Below are positions 21,846 through 30,644 of a DNA stretch of 32,000 bases, piece after piece (position 1 is the first letter of the stretch; every line of letters starts with the position of its first letter). The notes beneath the pieces are model-generated. The model searched no databases and had not been told where the DNA came from. It worked only from the letters and a program-made list of their open reading frames with translations. This stretch comes from Kineococcus radiotolerans SRS30216 = ATCC BAA-149. Lineage in GTDB: Bacteria; Actinomycetota; Actinomycetes; Actinomycetales; Kineococcaceae. The DNA is taken from contig NC_009664.2 in the NCBI RefSeq assembly GCF_000017305.1, forward strand, positions 1,950,001 to 1,982,000, in the 5' to 3' direction. The position numbers and the translations under genes were made by a program.

Positions 21846-24122
21846 GTGACGTTCCCTCCTCGACGCAGAGCGACCGGCGCGCTGCTCCTGACCGGCGCGG
21901 GGGTCGCGGGCCTCCTCTCCCCCTGGGCCCTGCCCACCTACGTCGTCCTCCTGGGCGGCCTCCTCGTCGCCCTGGCGGCCCGGCCCCTGGTGCGCCCGGA
22001 GGGACGCCGGGTCTGGGGCGCGTTCGGCGCGGGGGCCGCGGCGCTCGCCGGGACGCAGCTGGTCCTGCTGCTGTCCTCCGGGCAGGCCGACGTCACCGCG
22101 GCGGCCCTCGTCGAGCACCGCGAGCTCGCCCTCCTCGCCCTGCTCGCCTACCCCGTCCTCTACGGCGGGCAGATGGGGCTGCTGCGCCGGCGCGTGCGGG
22201 AGCTGCTGCCCAGCGCGTGGCTCGACGGGGTCCTGACCCTGATCGCGCTCGCGGCCGCCGGTTGCGCCTTCCTCGTCGGCCCCGTCGTCGCCGCGACCGG
22301 CGTCGGCCGCGCCGCCGCCCTCGCCCTGGTCGCGCGCCCGGCCCTGGACCTGCTCCTGCTCTCGGTGGCCCTGGCCACCTGCGGCATCCTCGGCCGGCGC
22401 AGCGGCGCGCGCACCGTCCTCCTCGCCGCCGCCTTCGGGGTCCTCACCGTCGCCGACACCGCCGGGGTCGCCCGGCTCTGCGGCGTCCTCGACGCGCCCT
22501 GGACGGGCGCGGCCGTGGACGCGGGCCGGCTCACCGCGCTGGCCCTGGTCGCGGTCGCGGCCTGGTCCCGCGAGGAGGAGGGGGTCGCCGGGGACGTCAC
22601 GACCGGGTGGACGTCGATGCTCACCCCGCTGGTCGTCCTCACCACGAGCTGCACGCTGCTGGCCGTCGACCACGTGCACCGGCTCCCCTCCCCCACCGTC
22701 CCGCTGGCCCTGCTCGGCCTGGCCGGGGTCGGGGCGAAGGCGGCGGTCGTGTTCCGCGAGGTCCTGCGCCTGGCCGACAGCCGCCGCCTCGCCCTCACCG
22801 ACGACCTCACCGGCCTGCCCAACCGCCGCGCCCTCGCCGAGGCCCTGCGGCGCACCACCACCCAGGACGTCCCCGCGACCCTGCTGCTGCTGGACCTGGA
22901 CGGGTTCAAGGAGGTCAACGACACCCACGGCCACGCCTGGGGGGACCGGCTGCTGCGGCTGGCCGCGGAGCGGGTGCAGCCCCTCGTCCCGCCCGGCGGC
23001 CTGCTGGCACGGGTCGGTGGCGACGAGTTCGCCCTGCTGCTGCCCGGCGACGTCCCGGCCGGCGACACCGCCGCCCGGGTCGGGGCCGCCCTCGGCGAGC
23101 CCGCGCTCGTGGGGTCGCGCTGGACCTCGACGGGCTCCAGCACCGGTGTCGCGACCTGGCCGTTCACCGACCACGACCCCCGGACCGACCCGGGCACCGA
23201 TCCCGCGGGCGAGCTGCTGCGCCGCGCCGACGCGGCGATGTACGTCGCCAAGCGCGCCGGCGGCGGCTGGGCGTCCTACGACGACGACCAGGACCGCGCC
23301 GCGCGCGCCCAGCGGGTCCTGGCCGAGGAACTGGCGAGCGGGATCGCCGCCGGGCAGCTCACCGCCCACTACCAGCCGCAGGTCGACGTCCGCAGCGGCC
23401 GCACCGTCGGCCTCGAGGCCCTCGTCCGCTGGGAGCACCCCCGCCGGGGGACGCTGGCCCCGGGCGCGTTCCTCGACCTCGCCGAGAGCCACGGGCTGAT
23501 GGCCGAGGTGACCGGCACGGTCCTGCGCCGGGCCGCCCGCGACGCCGCCCGCTGGCACCGCCAGGGCCACCGGCTGCGGATCTCGGTCAACCTGGCCACC
23601 AGCTGCCTGCTCAACCCCGCCCTGCCGCTGCTGGTGGAGCAGGTCCTGGACGAGACCGGGCTGGACCCCGCCGCCCTCGTCTTGGAGATCACCGAGACGA
23701 CCCTCATGGCCGAGCCCGCCCGCAGCCGGGAGACGATCGAGGACCTGCTGCGGCTGGGGACGTCGGTGAGCATCGACGACTACGGCACCGGGTACTCCTC
23801 GCTGGCGTACCTGCAGGACCTGCCCGCGGCCGAGCTCAAGCTCGACCGGGCCTTCACCGTGCGCCTGACCGGCGACCCGCGCACCGCCGCGATCATCGCG
23901 AGCACCGCCGACCTCGCCCACAGCCTCGGGCTGCGGATGCTCGTCGAGGGGGTCGAGGACGCCGAGACCTTGCGGCGCCTCGCGGAGCTGGGCGTGGACG
24001 AGACCCAGGGCTACCACCACGCGCAGCCCATGCCCGCGGCCGACGTCCCCGGCTGGCTGGCCGCCCAGGTCCCCGTCCCCGCCGGGGCCCGCGGCCCGCG
24101 CGCCGCGACACTGGGGCGGTGA
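21846..24122 (+). CDS. polytopic membrane GGDEF-EAL protein with both domains apparently intact
   Basis: The track ORF 21111-24122 overlaps the DinB gene in another frame. The first plausible start after it is GTG 21846 (start uncertain; TTG 21795 is an alternative). GGDEF: TDDLTGLPNRR, DLDGFKEVNDTHGH, ARVGGDEFALLL, RADAAMYVAKRAGGG. EAL: GLEALVRW, RISVNLA, LEITET, DDYGTGYSS, LKLDRAF, VEGVEDAE, TQGYHHAQP. Confidence 0.85.
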   Translation: MTFPPRRRATGALLLTGAGVAGLLSPWALPTYVVLLGGLLVALAARPLVRPEGRRVWGAFGAGAAALAGTQLVLLLSSGQADVTAAALVEHRELALLALLAYPVLYGGQMGLLRRRVRELLPSAWLDGVLTLIALAAAGCAFLVGPVVAATGVGRAAALALVARPALDLLLLSVALATCGILGRRSGARTVLLAAAFGVLTVADTAGVARLCGVLDAPWTGAAVDAGRLTALALVAVAAWSREEEGVAGDVTTGWTSMLTPLVVLTTSCTLLAVDHVHRLPSPTVPLALLGLAGVGAKAAVVFREVLRLADSRRLALTDDLTGLPNRRALAEALRRTTTQDVPATLLLLDLDGFKEVNDTHGHAWGDRLLRLAAERVQPLVPPGGLLARVGGDEFALLLPGDVPAGDTAARVGAALGEPALVGSRWTSTGSSTGVATWPFTDHDPRTDPGTDPAGELLRRADAAMYVAKRAGGGWASYDDDQDRAARAQRVLAEELASGIAAGQLTAHYQPQVDVRSGRTVGLEALVRWEHPRRGTLAPGAFLDLAESHGLMAEVTGTVLRRAARDAARWHRQGHRLRISVNLATSCLLNPALPLLVEQVLDETGLDPAALVLEITETTLMAEPARSRETIEDLLRLGTSVSIDDYGTGYSSLAYLQDLPAAELKLDRAFTVRLTGDPRTAAIIASTADLAHSLGLRMLVEGVEDAETLRRLAELGVDETQGYHHAQPMPAADVPGWLAAQVPVPAGARGPRAATLGR

Positions 24123-25108
24123 CCGGCACCCACGACGTCCTGATCGTCCCCGTGGGCAGCGCCCCCGACCCCGCGCCGCTGCGGGAGCTCACCGACGTCC
24201 GGGTGGTGGACCCGCACGACCCGGCCCTGCCCGCCGCGCTGGCGGCGGCGGACGGCCTCGTCGTCTGGGACGGTTCCTCCCCGGCCCTGGAGCGCGCCTG
24301 GGAGGCCGCGGACCCGCGGCGGCTGCGCTGGGTGCACACCAGCAGCGCCGGCCCGGACCGGCTGCTCTTCCCCGCGCTGCGCGCGCACCCGTGCGTCCTC
24401 ACCTGCAGCCGCGGGGTCCTGGACACCGACATCGCCGAGTACGTCCTGGCCTGCGTGCTGGCCCTCCTCAAGGACCTGCCCCGCACCGTCGCGCTGCAGG
24501 CCGGGCACCGCTGGCTGCACCGCGGGACCCGCAGCCTCGCCGGGCGGCGCGCCCTCGTCGTCGGCGCGGGCTCCATCGGGACGCGCACGGCGAAGCTGTT
24601 CAGCGCGCTCGGCGTGCACGTCGACGGGATCGTCCGCACCCCGCGCCCGGCCGCTGCTCCGTTCGGGTCGCTGTCCGGGCCGCAGTCGCTGCCCGAGGTC
24701 GTCGGCGACTACGACCTCGTGCTCGTCACCGCCCCGCTGTCGGAGGCCACCCGCGGGCTGGTGAGCCGCGAGGTCGTGGCGCGGATGCGGCCGGCGACGA
24801 TCGTCGTGAACGTGGGCCGCGGCCCCGTCGTGGACGAGGACGCGCTGCTGGAAGCGTTGCAGGAGAACAGGATCAGCGGGGTCGCCCTCGACGTCTGGGC
24901 CACCGAGCCGCTGCCCGCGGACAGCCCCTGGTGGGACCTGCCCGGCGCGCTCGTCTCCCCGCACCTGGCCGGGGACGCCGAGGGCTTCACCGACCGGCTG
25001 GAGGAGCTGCTGCGCGAGCAGGTGCGCCGCTTCGCGGTCGGGGAACCCCTGCACCACGTCGTCGACAAGACGCACGGCTACGCGGTGGCCCCTACGGTGG
25101 CGAGGTGA
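24119..25108 (+). CDS. D-isomer-specific 2-hydroxyacid dehydrogenase family protein
   Basis: GTG 24119 overlaps the upstream stop (GTGA). NAD-binding motif VVGAGSIGTRTAKLF. Catalytic motifs VNVGRGPVVDE, ALDVWATEP and SPHLAG. Confidence 0.85.
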   Translation: MTGTHDVLIVPVGSAPDPAPLRELTDVRVVDPHDPALPAALAAADGLVVWDGSSPALERAWEAADPRRLRWVHTSSAGPDRLLFPALRAHPCVLTCSRGVLDTDIAEYVLACVLALLKDLPRTVALQAGHRWLHRGTRSLAGRRALVVGAGSIGTRTAKLFSALGVHVDGIVRTPRPAAAPFGSLSGPQSLPEVVGDYDLVLVTAPLSEATRGLVSREVVARMRPATIVVNVGRGPVVDEDALLEALQENRISGVALDVWATEPLPADSPWWDLPGALVSPHLAGDAEGFTDRLEELLREQVRRFAVGEPLHHVVDKTHGYAVAPTVAR

Positions 25109-25983
25109 GCGAGCCCCTGCACCGCGTCGTCGTCGTCCTGAACCCCAACAGCACCGGCGACGGGCCGAGCAACGCCCGGGAGCTGCAGGAGCAGCTCGCC
25201 GCCACCGACCCCGCGCTGCGGGTCGAGCTCGTCGAGACCCAGCACGCCGGGCACGCCGAGGAGATCGCCCGCGACGCGGTGACGGCCGAGGCGGGCACCC
25301 TCGTCGTCTCCGCCAGCGGCGACGGCGGCTACCACGAGGTCGTCAACGGCGTCGTGGCGGCGGGACGCGGCATGGCCGCGGTGCTGGCCTCCGGCAACGC
25401 CAACGACCACGCCACCGCCACCCAGACCCGCCCGCTGGCCGAGGCGATCCACGCCTTCGCCGCCGGCGGCCCGGAGACCCGCATCGACCTGCTGGAGGTC
25501 TCCGGCGCGGGCCGGACGCGGGTGGCGCACTCCTACGTCGGGGTCGGCATCACCCCCGTCGCGGCCGCCGCCCTCAACGAGCACCACCTCGACGCCGTCA
25601 AGGAGGCGCTGCTCGTCGCCAAGGCGTTCTGGGGCTTCCGGCCGATGACCATCGCCCACGAGGGGCGCCGCATCAAGCTCGACAGCCTGGTGTTCGCGAA
25701 CATCGACCGGATGGCCAAGTACGCCCAGATCTCCGACGACTCCGCCCCCGACGACGGCCGGTTCGAGACCCTGCTCATCCCCCACCGGGGCAAGCTGCGG
25801 CTGGTCCTGGAGTTCCTGCGCGTCGTCAGCGGCCGCCACGAGTCCCGCTCGCGCTCCACCCCGTACGAGTTCCAGACGCAGTCGCCGATGCCGCTGCAGA
25901 TGGACGGGGAGGTCTTCCACGTCGACTCCGGGTCGACGGTGACGGTGCGGTGCTTGCCCCGGGCCCTGCGCACCGTCGGCTGA
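25105..25983 (+). CDS. diacylglycerol-kinase-like lipid kinase (DAGK catalytic domain, YegS-like)
   Basis: GTG 25105 overlaps the upstream stop (GTGA). Motifs: VVVVLNPNSTGDG ... VVSASGDGGYHEVVNG ... MPLQMDGEV. Confidence 0.85.
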   Translation: MSEPLHRVVVVLNPNSTGDGPSNARELQEQLAATDPALRVELVETQHAGHAEEIARDAVTAEAGTLVVSASGDGGYHEVVNGVVAAGRGMAAVLASGNANDHATATQTRPLAEAIHAFAAGGPETRIDLLEVSGAGRTRVAHSYVGVGITPVAAAALNEHHLDAVKEALLVAKAFWGFRPMTIAHEGRRIKLDSLVFANIDRMAKYAQISDDSAPDDGRFETLLIPHRGKLRLVLEFLRVVSGRHESRSRSTPYEFQTQSPMPLQMDGEVFHVDSGSTVTVRCLPRALRTVG

Positions 25984-26001
25984 GCCGGCCCGGGCGGGGT
26001 G

Positions 26002-26193
26002 TCAGCCGCGCCGCGCGGGACGCCGGCCGGCGACGACCAGGACGACCCCGACGAGCGCCACCACCGGGCCGACGACCGCCCACAGCGACGACCCGCTCAT
26101 GGCGCTGCCGCCCAGGACCCCGATGCCCTGCAGGAACCACACCAGCCCCAGCAGGACGAGCACGGCACCGGCGACGAGCTGGAAGGTCTTCAC
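26002..26193 (-). CDS. small membrane protein (63 aa, two TM segments)
   Basis: Two hydrophobic segments: FQLVAGAVLVLLGLVWFLQGIGVL and LWAVVGPVVALVGVVLVVAG. Third positions are G/C-rich. It is the last gene of a co-oriented string. Confidence 0.55.
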   Translation of the reverse strand: MKTFQLVAGAVLVLLGLVWFLQGIGVLGGSAMSGSSLWAVVGPVVALVGVVLVVAGRRPARRG

Positions 26194-26235
26194 CCGAGGA
26201 TCATCGCCCCGGGAACGCCCACCCGCTCCCGGGCG

Positions 26236-27021
26236 TCAGCCGAGGAACTCCGCGACCAGCGCGGAGGCCTCCGCCCGGAACTCCTCCAGGTACCCGTGCC
26301 GGGCCCCGGGCAGGACGGCGAGCCGCGCGCCGGGGATCCGCGCGGCGAGGACCTCGGCGTTGCCGACGGGGGTCATCGCGTCGTCCGCGCCGTGCAGGAC
26401 GAGGGTCGGGGCGGTGATCGCGGCCAGCAGGGCGGAGGCGTCGTGGCCGGTGCTGGCCTCGTGGTGGGCGCGGCGGGCCGCGGGGGTCCCGCGGGGGGTG
26501 AACCGCTCCGCGACCGCGGGGTTCGCGTCGATCCACCCGGGGGTGAAGAACAGCTCCCGCAGGGCGCGCAGGCCCTCCGGCGTGGCGGTGCGCCGCAGAC
26601 CGCGGGTCACCTGCGGGTCGCGGGGGACCTCCAGGGGCCCGCCGGGTCCGCTGGCCCCCAGCACCAGCCGGGCCACCCGCCCGGGGTGGCGGGCGGCGAG
26701 GACCGTGGCGACCCGCCCACCCATGGAGAACCCGTGGACGTGCGCCCGCTCCACCCCCAGGGCGTCGAGGACGGCGACGGCGTCCTCGGCGAAGGTGGCC
26801 GTCGTCCACCTCCCCGGCTCCACCCGGCTGCGGCCGGTGCCGCGGGTGTGGACGACCACGACCCGCGACCCCGCCGCGGCGAGGTCCTCGCCCACGCCGA
26901 GGAGGACCTCCGGGCCCAGCGACTGCCCCGGCAGCAGCAGGACCGTGGCGGCACCGGCGGGACCGACGTCGACGCCGAGCTCACCGCCGGGGACAGGCAC
27001 GACCCGTTCCTCGAAGCGCAC
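26236..27021 (-). CDS. alpha/beta-fold hydrolase
   Basis: Nucleophile elbow HGFSMGG. Oxyanion region TVLLLPGQ. Downstream HGADD and ARHGYLEEF. The start is either GTG 27021 or GTG 27000 (GAGGAA 6 nt upstream). Confidence 0.85.
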   Translation of the reverse strand: MRFEERVVPVPGGELGVDVGPAGAATVLLLPGQSLGPEVLLGVGEDLAAAGSRVVVVHTRGTGRSRVEPGRWTTATFAEDAVAVLDALGVERAHVHGFSMGGRVATVLAARHPGRVARLVLGASGPGGPLEVPRDPQVTRGLRRTATPEGLRALRELFFTPGWIDANPAVAERFTPRGTPAARRAHHEASTGHDASALLAAITAPTLVLHGADDAMTPVGNAEVLAARIPGARLAVLPGARHGYLEEFRAEASALVAEFLG

Positions 27022-27031
27022 GGCCGCGACG

Positions 27032-28657
27032 CTAGCGCGGGGCCGGGACGGGACCGCGCCGGGCCCGCTTCACCTGGTACATCCGGGCGTCGGCGGCCGC
27101 GAGCAGCGCCTCGACGAGGTCGGGCACCGGGTCCGCGTCCCCCCCGCCGGGCAGGGCCGCGAGCAGTTCGCGCGGGTCCTCCCGCACGGCGCCGATGCTC
27201 GCGCTGGCCCGCAGCGGCCCCTCGCCCAGCGGGAAGGGCCGGGCCACCGCGGCGCGCAGCCGCTCGACGACCTCGGCGGCCTCGACGTGCGGGTCGGTGA
27301 CGAGCACCGCGAACTCGTCCCCGCCCCAGCGGGCCGCGCAGTCGGCCTCGCGCACCGCCCCGCGCAGCCGGCCCGCCACCTGCCGCAGCAGCTCGTCGCC
27401 CGCGGCGTGGCCGGAGGTGTCGTTGACGGCCTTGAAGCCGTCGAGGTCGACGAAGGCGACGACCACCGGGGACCCCGTGACCAGCGACGCGCGGACGGCA
27501 TCCCCGAGGCGCTCGGAGAACCGGCGGCGGTTCTCCAGGCCGGTCAGCGGGTCGACGTGGGCGAGGTGGTCGAGCTGCGCGCGCTGGTCCTCGGCCACCG
27601 CCAGCAGCCGCCGGTGGTCGTCGAGGGCGAGGAACTGGCGGGCCATGGCCAGGACGACCATCGCCAGGACGGTCACGAGGACGAAGCGGTCGGTGGCGGT
27701 CCACAGCCGCACGGCTCCCGCGGTCGTCGCGGGCAGCAGGGCGAAGTAGGGGACGAGCCACCCCACCGACCCCGGCGCCGGCGGGCGCGGGGAGTCGCGG
27801 GTGGTGCGGCGGTAGCGGGCGGCCACCGCGAAGAGCCCGAACGCGGTCATCCAGCAGAAGTCGGCGAACCCGCCGGTCTCGAAGCCGTGCTCGCCGAGGA
27901 CGCCGTAGAAGTAGCTCCCGTCGGCGCAGGCCAGCGCCGCGGCGGCGGCCATCACCAGGACGCCGGGCACGGTCAGGCCCCCGCGCAGCACCGAGACGAT
28001 CGTCACCGTGAGGAACACGACGTCCAGGACGGGGTAGGTGAGGGGGATGACGAGGGCCAGGGGGCGGTCGTCGGCGCGGGCGACGGCCTCCCCCAGCCAC
28101 AGCACCCACACGACGGTGAGCAGCGACAGGCCGAGCAGGGCCCCGTCGAGGACGGCGCGCACCCCGGTGTGGGAGCGGACCCGCCCGCGCAGGTGCACCG
28201 CCGAGGACGCCACCAGCAGGAGCGCGAAGGCCAGGAAGGGCCCGTCGCTGCCGGTGGTGGCGCTCGTCGTCACCCCGAGGACGTCGTCGGCGGTGTAGAG
28301 GGCCTGGCCGGCGGCGAAGCAGGCGCACCCGGCGGCGAGCAGCAGCTGCGCGGTCCGCGCGGCACCGCGCGGGAGGACCCGCAGCCCCGACCGGGCCAGG
28401 CTGGCCGCGGCCACGAGGGCGGCGGTGCCCTCGGCGACGCCGATGAAGGTCAGGGCCGGGTCGCTGCCGCGGCCCAGGACGTGCTGGACGGCGCCCACCG
28501 CGAGCAGGGCCAGGACGAGCACGCCGAGGTCCGCGCCGAGGCGCCACGCAGCGCCCGGCACGTCCCGACCGTTGCTCGAGCGGTTCCGCACGTCTCCCCA
28601 TCGGCTCCTGCGCTGCGCGTCTGGACGAGTGTCACCCGATGGGCGCGCGCGCGTCAC
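27032..28657 (-). CDS. polytopic membrane diguanylate cyclase (about 9 TM + GGDEF)
   Basis: VDPLTGLENRR, DLDGFKAVNDTSGH, ARWGGDEFAVLV with an RxxD I-site (READ) 5 residues upstream, and ADARMYQVKR. The N-terminal codons have weak coding bias, so the true start may be GTG 28591 or 28561. Confidence 0.85.
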   Translation of the reverse strand: MTRARPSGDTRPDAQRRSRWGDVRNRSSNGRDVPGAAWRLGADLGVLVLALLAVGAVQHVLGRGSDPALTFIGVAEGTAALVAAASLARSGLRVLPRGAARTAQLLLAAGCACFAAGQALYTADDVLGVTTSATTGSDGPFLAFALLLVASSAVHLRGRVRSHTGVRAVLDGALLGLSLLTVVWVLWLGEAVARADDRPLALVIPLTYPVLDVVFLTVTIVSVLRGGLTVPGVLVMAAAAALACADGSYFYGVLGEHGFETGGFADFCWMTAFGLFAVAARYRRTTRDSPRPPAPGSVGWLVPYFALLPATTAGAVRLWTATDRFVLVTVLAMVVLAMARQFLALDDHRRLLAVAEDQRAQLDHLAHVDPLTGLENRRRFSERLGDAVRASLVTGSPVVVAFVDLDGFKAVNDTSGHAAGDELLRQVAGRLRGAVREADCAARWGGDEFAVLVTDPHVEAAEVVERLRAAVARPFPLGEGPLRASASIGAVREDPRELLAALPGGGDADPVPDLVEALLAAADARMYQVKRARRGPVPAPR

Positions 28658-28681
28658 CCCCGGCCGCGGCGGGGCCGGGCC

Positions 28682-29059
28682 TCAGAGCCCGTCGGCGGGA
28701 CGCATCAGGCGCAGCAGCGGGGCGGTGCTCAGCCGCTGCCGGGCGAGGGCCGCCCCGAGGAGGAGGACGACCACGCCGAGCAGGACCAGCGGCCACGCGT
28801 TCAGGACGAGGCCCACCACGGCCAGCGCCAGGGCCACGAGGAGGGGCAGCACGACGGGCATCCGGTTGTACCAGCGCGGTTGCAGCACGGCCGCGGCGTA
28901 CCACCAGGCGACGGCGGCGACGCGCTCGTCGGGGTGGCGCCGGCCCTGCCGGGCCAGGGCCAGGACGTCGTGGCGGTCCTCCGGGGGCAGCGCCTGGAAG
29001 GCGCGGACGGCGGTGGCCCGCCGCTGGGGGGGCAGTTCGGGCCCCACGACCGCGCTCAT
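28682..29059 (-). CDS. hypothetical membrane protein (125 aa, two C-terminal TM segments)
   Basis: ATG start, strongly G/C-biased third positions. Soluble N-terminal ~60 aa (..LPPEDRHDVLALARQGRRHPDERVAAVAWWY..) followed by MPVVLPLLVALALAVVGLVL and LVLLGVVVLLLGAAL. It ends 24 nt upstream of the GGDEF gene. Confidence 0.55.
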   Translation of the reverse strand: MSAVVGPELPPQRRATAVRAFQALPPEDRHDVLALARQGRRHPDERVAAVAWWYAAAVLQPRWYNRMPVVLPLLVALALAVVGLVLNAWPLVLLGVVVLLLGAALARQRLSTAPLLRLMRPADGL

Positions 29060-29081
29060 CGTCCTGCCCCGCGTCCCGCTG

Positions 29082-29130
29082 CGTGTCCGGCCTCGTGCAC
29101 GTCCCCATCGTAGGTGCGCGGCCGGACACG
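29082..29130. promoter_or_regulatory. 11-bp perfect inverted repeat (27-bp spacer) in the divergent promoter region
   Basis: CGTGTCCGGCC (29082-29092) is the exact reverse complement of GGCCGGACACG (29120-29130). The adjacent CGTGCAC / GTGCGCG extends the pairing with one mismatch. Confidence 0.4.
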
Positions 29131-29150
29131 GCCTGCACTAGACAGGGAGG

Positions 29151-30629
29151 GTGGACGAGGACACGGGGGCCGCGGCTCCAGCGGGCGAACCGCGCGACCG
29201 GGGACTGGAGGGGCTGCTGGCCGCCCTGCCGCTGGGGGTGCTCGTCGTGGGCGCCCAGGGGCGGGTGCACGCGCAGAACGACGCCGCGCGGGCCGCGTTC
29301 GGGCTGAGCGGGCCGGCCGCCTTCGCCGACGTCTTCCCCCGCAGCTCCCCCGACGCGCCGCCGTTCGCGGTGCGCCGCGCGGACGAGGCGGCGCCGGAAC
29401 CGGTGGAGGTCGTCGGACGGGACGCGGACGGGACGACGTTCCCCGTGGAGGTCACCGTCTCGCCCGGCCCTCGGCCCGGCACGTCCCTGGTCCTCACGCG
29501 GGACCTGCGGGGCGCGGCGCGCGCCGAGGCGGAGCTGCGCCGCCAGCGCGGCCTGACCGAGCTGCTGCTGGAGTCCACGACCGACGGCTTCCTCGGCACC
29601 GACCGCGAGGGGCAGGTCCTGTTCGCCAACACCGCGGTGCGCCGGCTGCTGCGCCAGCGCGCCAGCGACCTCGTGGGCCGCCCGCTGGCGCAGGTGGGCC
29701 GGCGCCCGGCCGACGCCACCCTCCCCGACGGCCCCGCCCTCTCCGACGTCCTCGACGGCAGCGGCGAGGGCGCCGGGGGCGGGCGGGCGGTGCTGTGGGA
29801 CCGCTACGGCACCCCGCTGTCGGTGCAGGTCGCCGTCTCCCCGTTGATCACCGGTGAGGAGGTCGTCGGCAGCGTCCTCACCGTGCGCGACGCCACCGAG
29901 CAGGAGCGGGTGGAGGAGCTGAAGCGGCAGTTCACCGCCGTCGTCAGCCACGAGCTGCGGACCCCGCTGACGGCGATCAAGGCGAGCCTGCGGCTGGTGA
30001 CCAGCGGGGTGCTCGGGCCGCTGCCGGAGGAGCCGGCGCGGTTGCTGCGCATCGCCGACGAGAACGCCGACCGGCTCGCGGCGCTGGTGAACGACATCCT
30101 GGACGTGGAGCGCCTGGACGCCGGGACGATGCCGCTGGAACCGGAGGACGTCGACCTGGCCGACCTGGCGCGCGCCGGGGTGGAGCAGCTGGAGAGCACC
30201 GCCGTGGCCGCCGGGGTGGAGCTGGTGCTCGGCGAGGTGGGGCCGGCGCGGGTGCACGCCGACCCGCACCGCATCGCGCAGGCCCTGACGAACCTGGTGG
30301 GCAACGCCGTGAAGTTCAGCGAGGCCGGTGGGCGGGTCGAGGTGACCTGCCGGCGCACCGCGCGGGAGGCCCGGCTGGCGGTGCGCGACGAGGGCCGCGG
30401 CATCCCCCACGACCAGCTGGAAGCCGTGTTCGACCGCTTCCGGCAGGTGTACGCCAGCGACGCGCAGCGGCAGTCCGGCAGCGGCCTGGGCCTGGCCATC
30501 ACCAAGGGGATCGTCGAGCGCAGCGGCGGGCGGGTCGAGCTGCGCAGTCGGCCGAACGAGGGAAGCGAGTTCACCGTGGTGCTGCCCCTGACCGATGCAG
30601 AGGAGGACGCACCCCCACCCGAACCCTGA
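29151..30629 (+). CDS. soluble PAS-PAS sensor histidine kinase
   Basis: No TM segments. Two PAS-like modules: LPLGVLVVGAQGRVHAQNDAA.. and TDGFLGTDREGQVLFANTAV... HisKA H-box FTAVVSHELRTPLTAI. HATPase motifs: NLVGNAVKFS, DEGRGIP, GSGLGLAITKGIVE. Confidence 0.9.
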   Translation: MDEDTGAAAPAGEPRDRGLEGLLAALPLGVLVVGAQGRVHAQNDAARAAFGLSGPAAFADVFPRSSPDAPPFAVRRADEAAPEPVEVVGRDADGTTFPVEVTVSPGPRPGTSLVLTRDLRGAARAEAELRRQRGLTELLLESTTDGFLGTDREGQVLFANTAVRRLLRQRASDLVGRPLAQVGRRPADATLPDGPALSDVLDGSGEGAGGGRAVLWDRYGTPLSVQVAVSPLITGEEVVGSVLTVRDATEQERVEELKRQFTAVVSHELRTPLTAIKASLRLVTSGVLGPLPEEPARLLRIADENADRLAALVNDILDVERLDAGTMPLEPEDVDLADLARAGVEQLESTAVAAGVELVLGEVGPARVHADPHRIAQALTNLVGNAVKFSEAGGRVEVTCRRTAREARLAVRDEGRGIPHDQLEAVFDRFRQVYASDAQRQSGSGLGLAITKGIVERSGGRVELRSRPNEGSEFTVVLPLTDAEEDAPPPEP

Positions 30630-30644
30630 CCCGAGGAGGCACCC

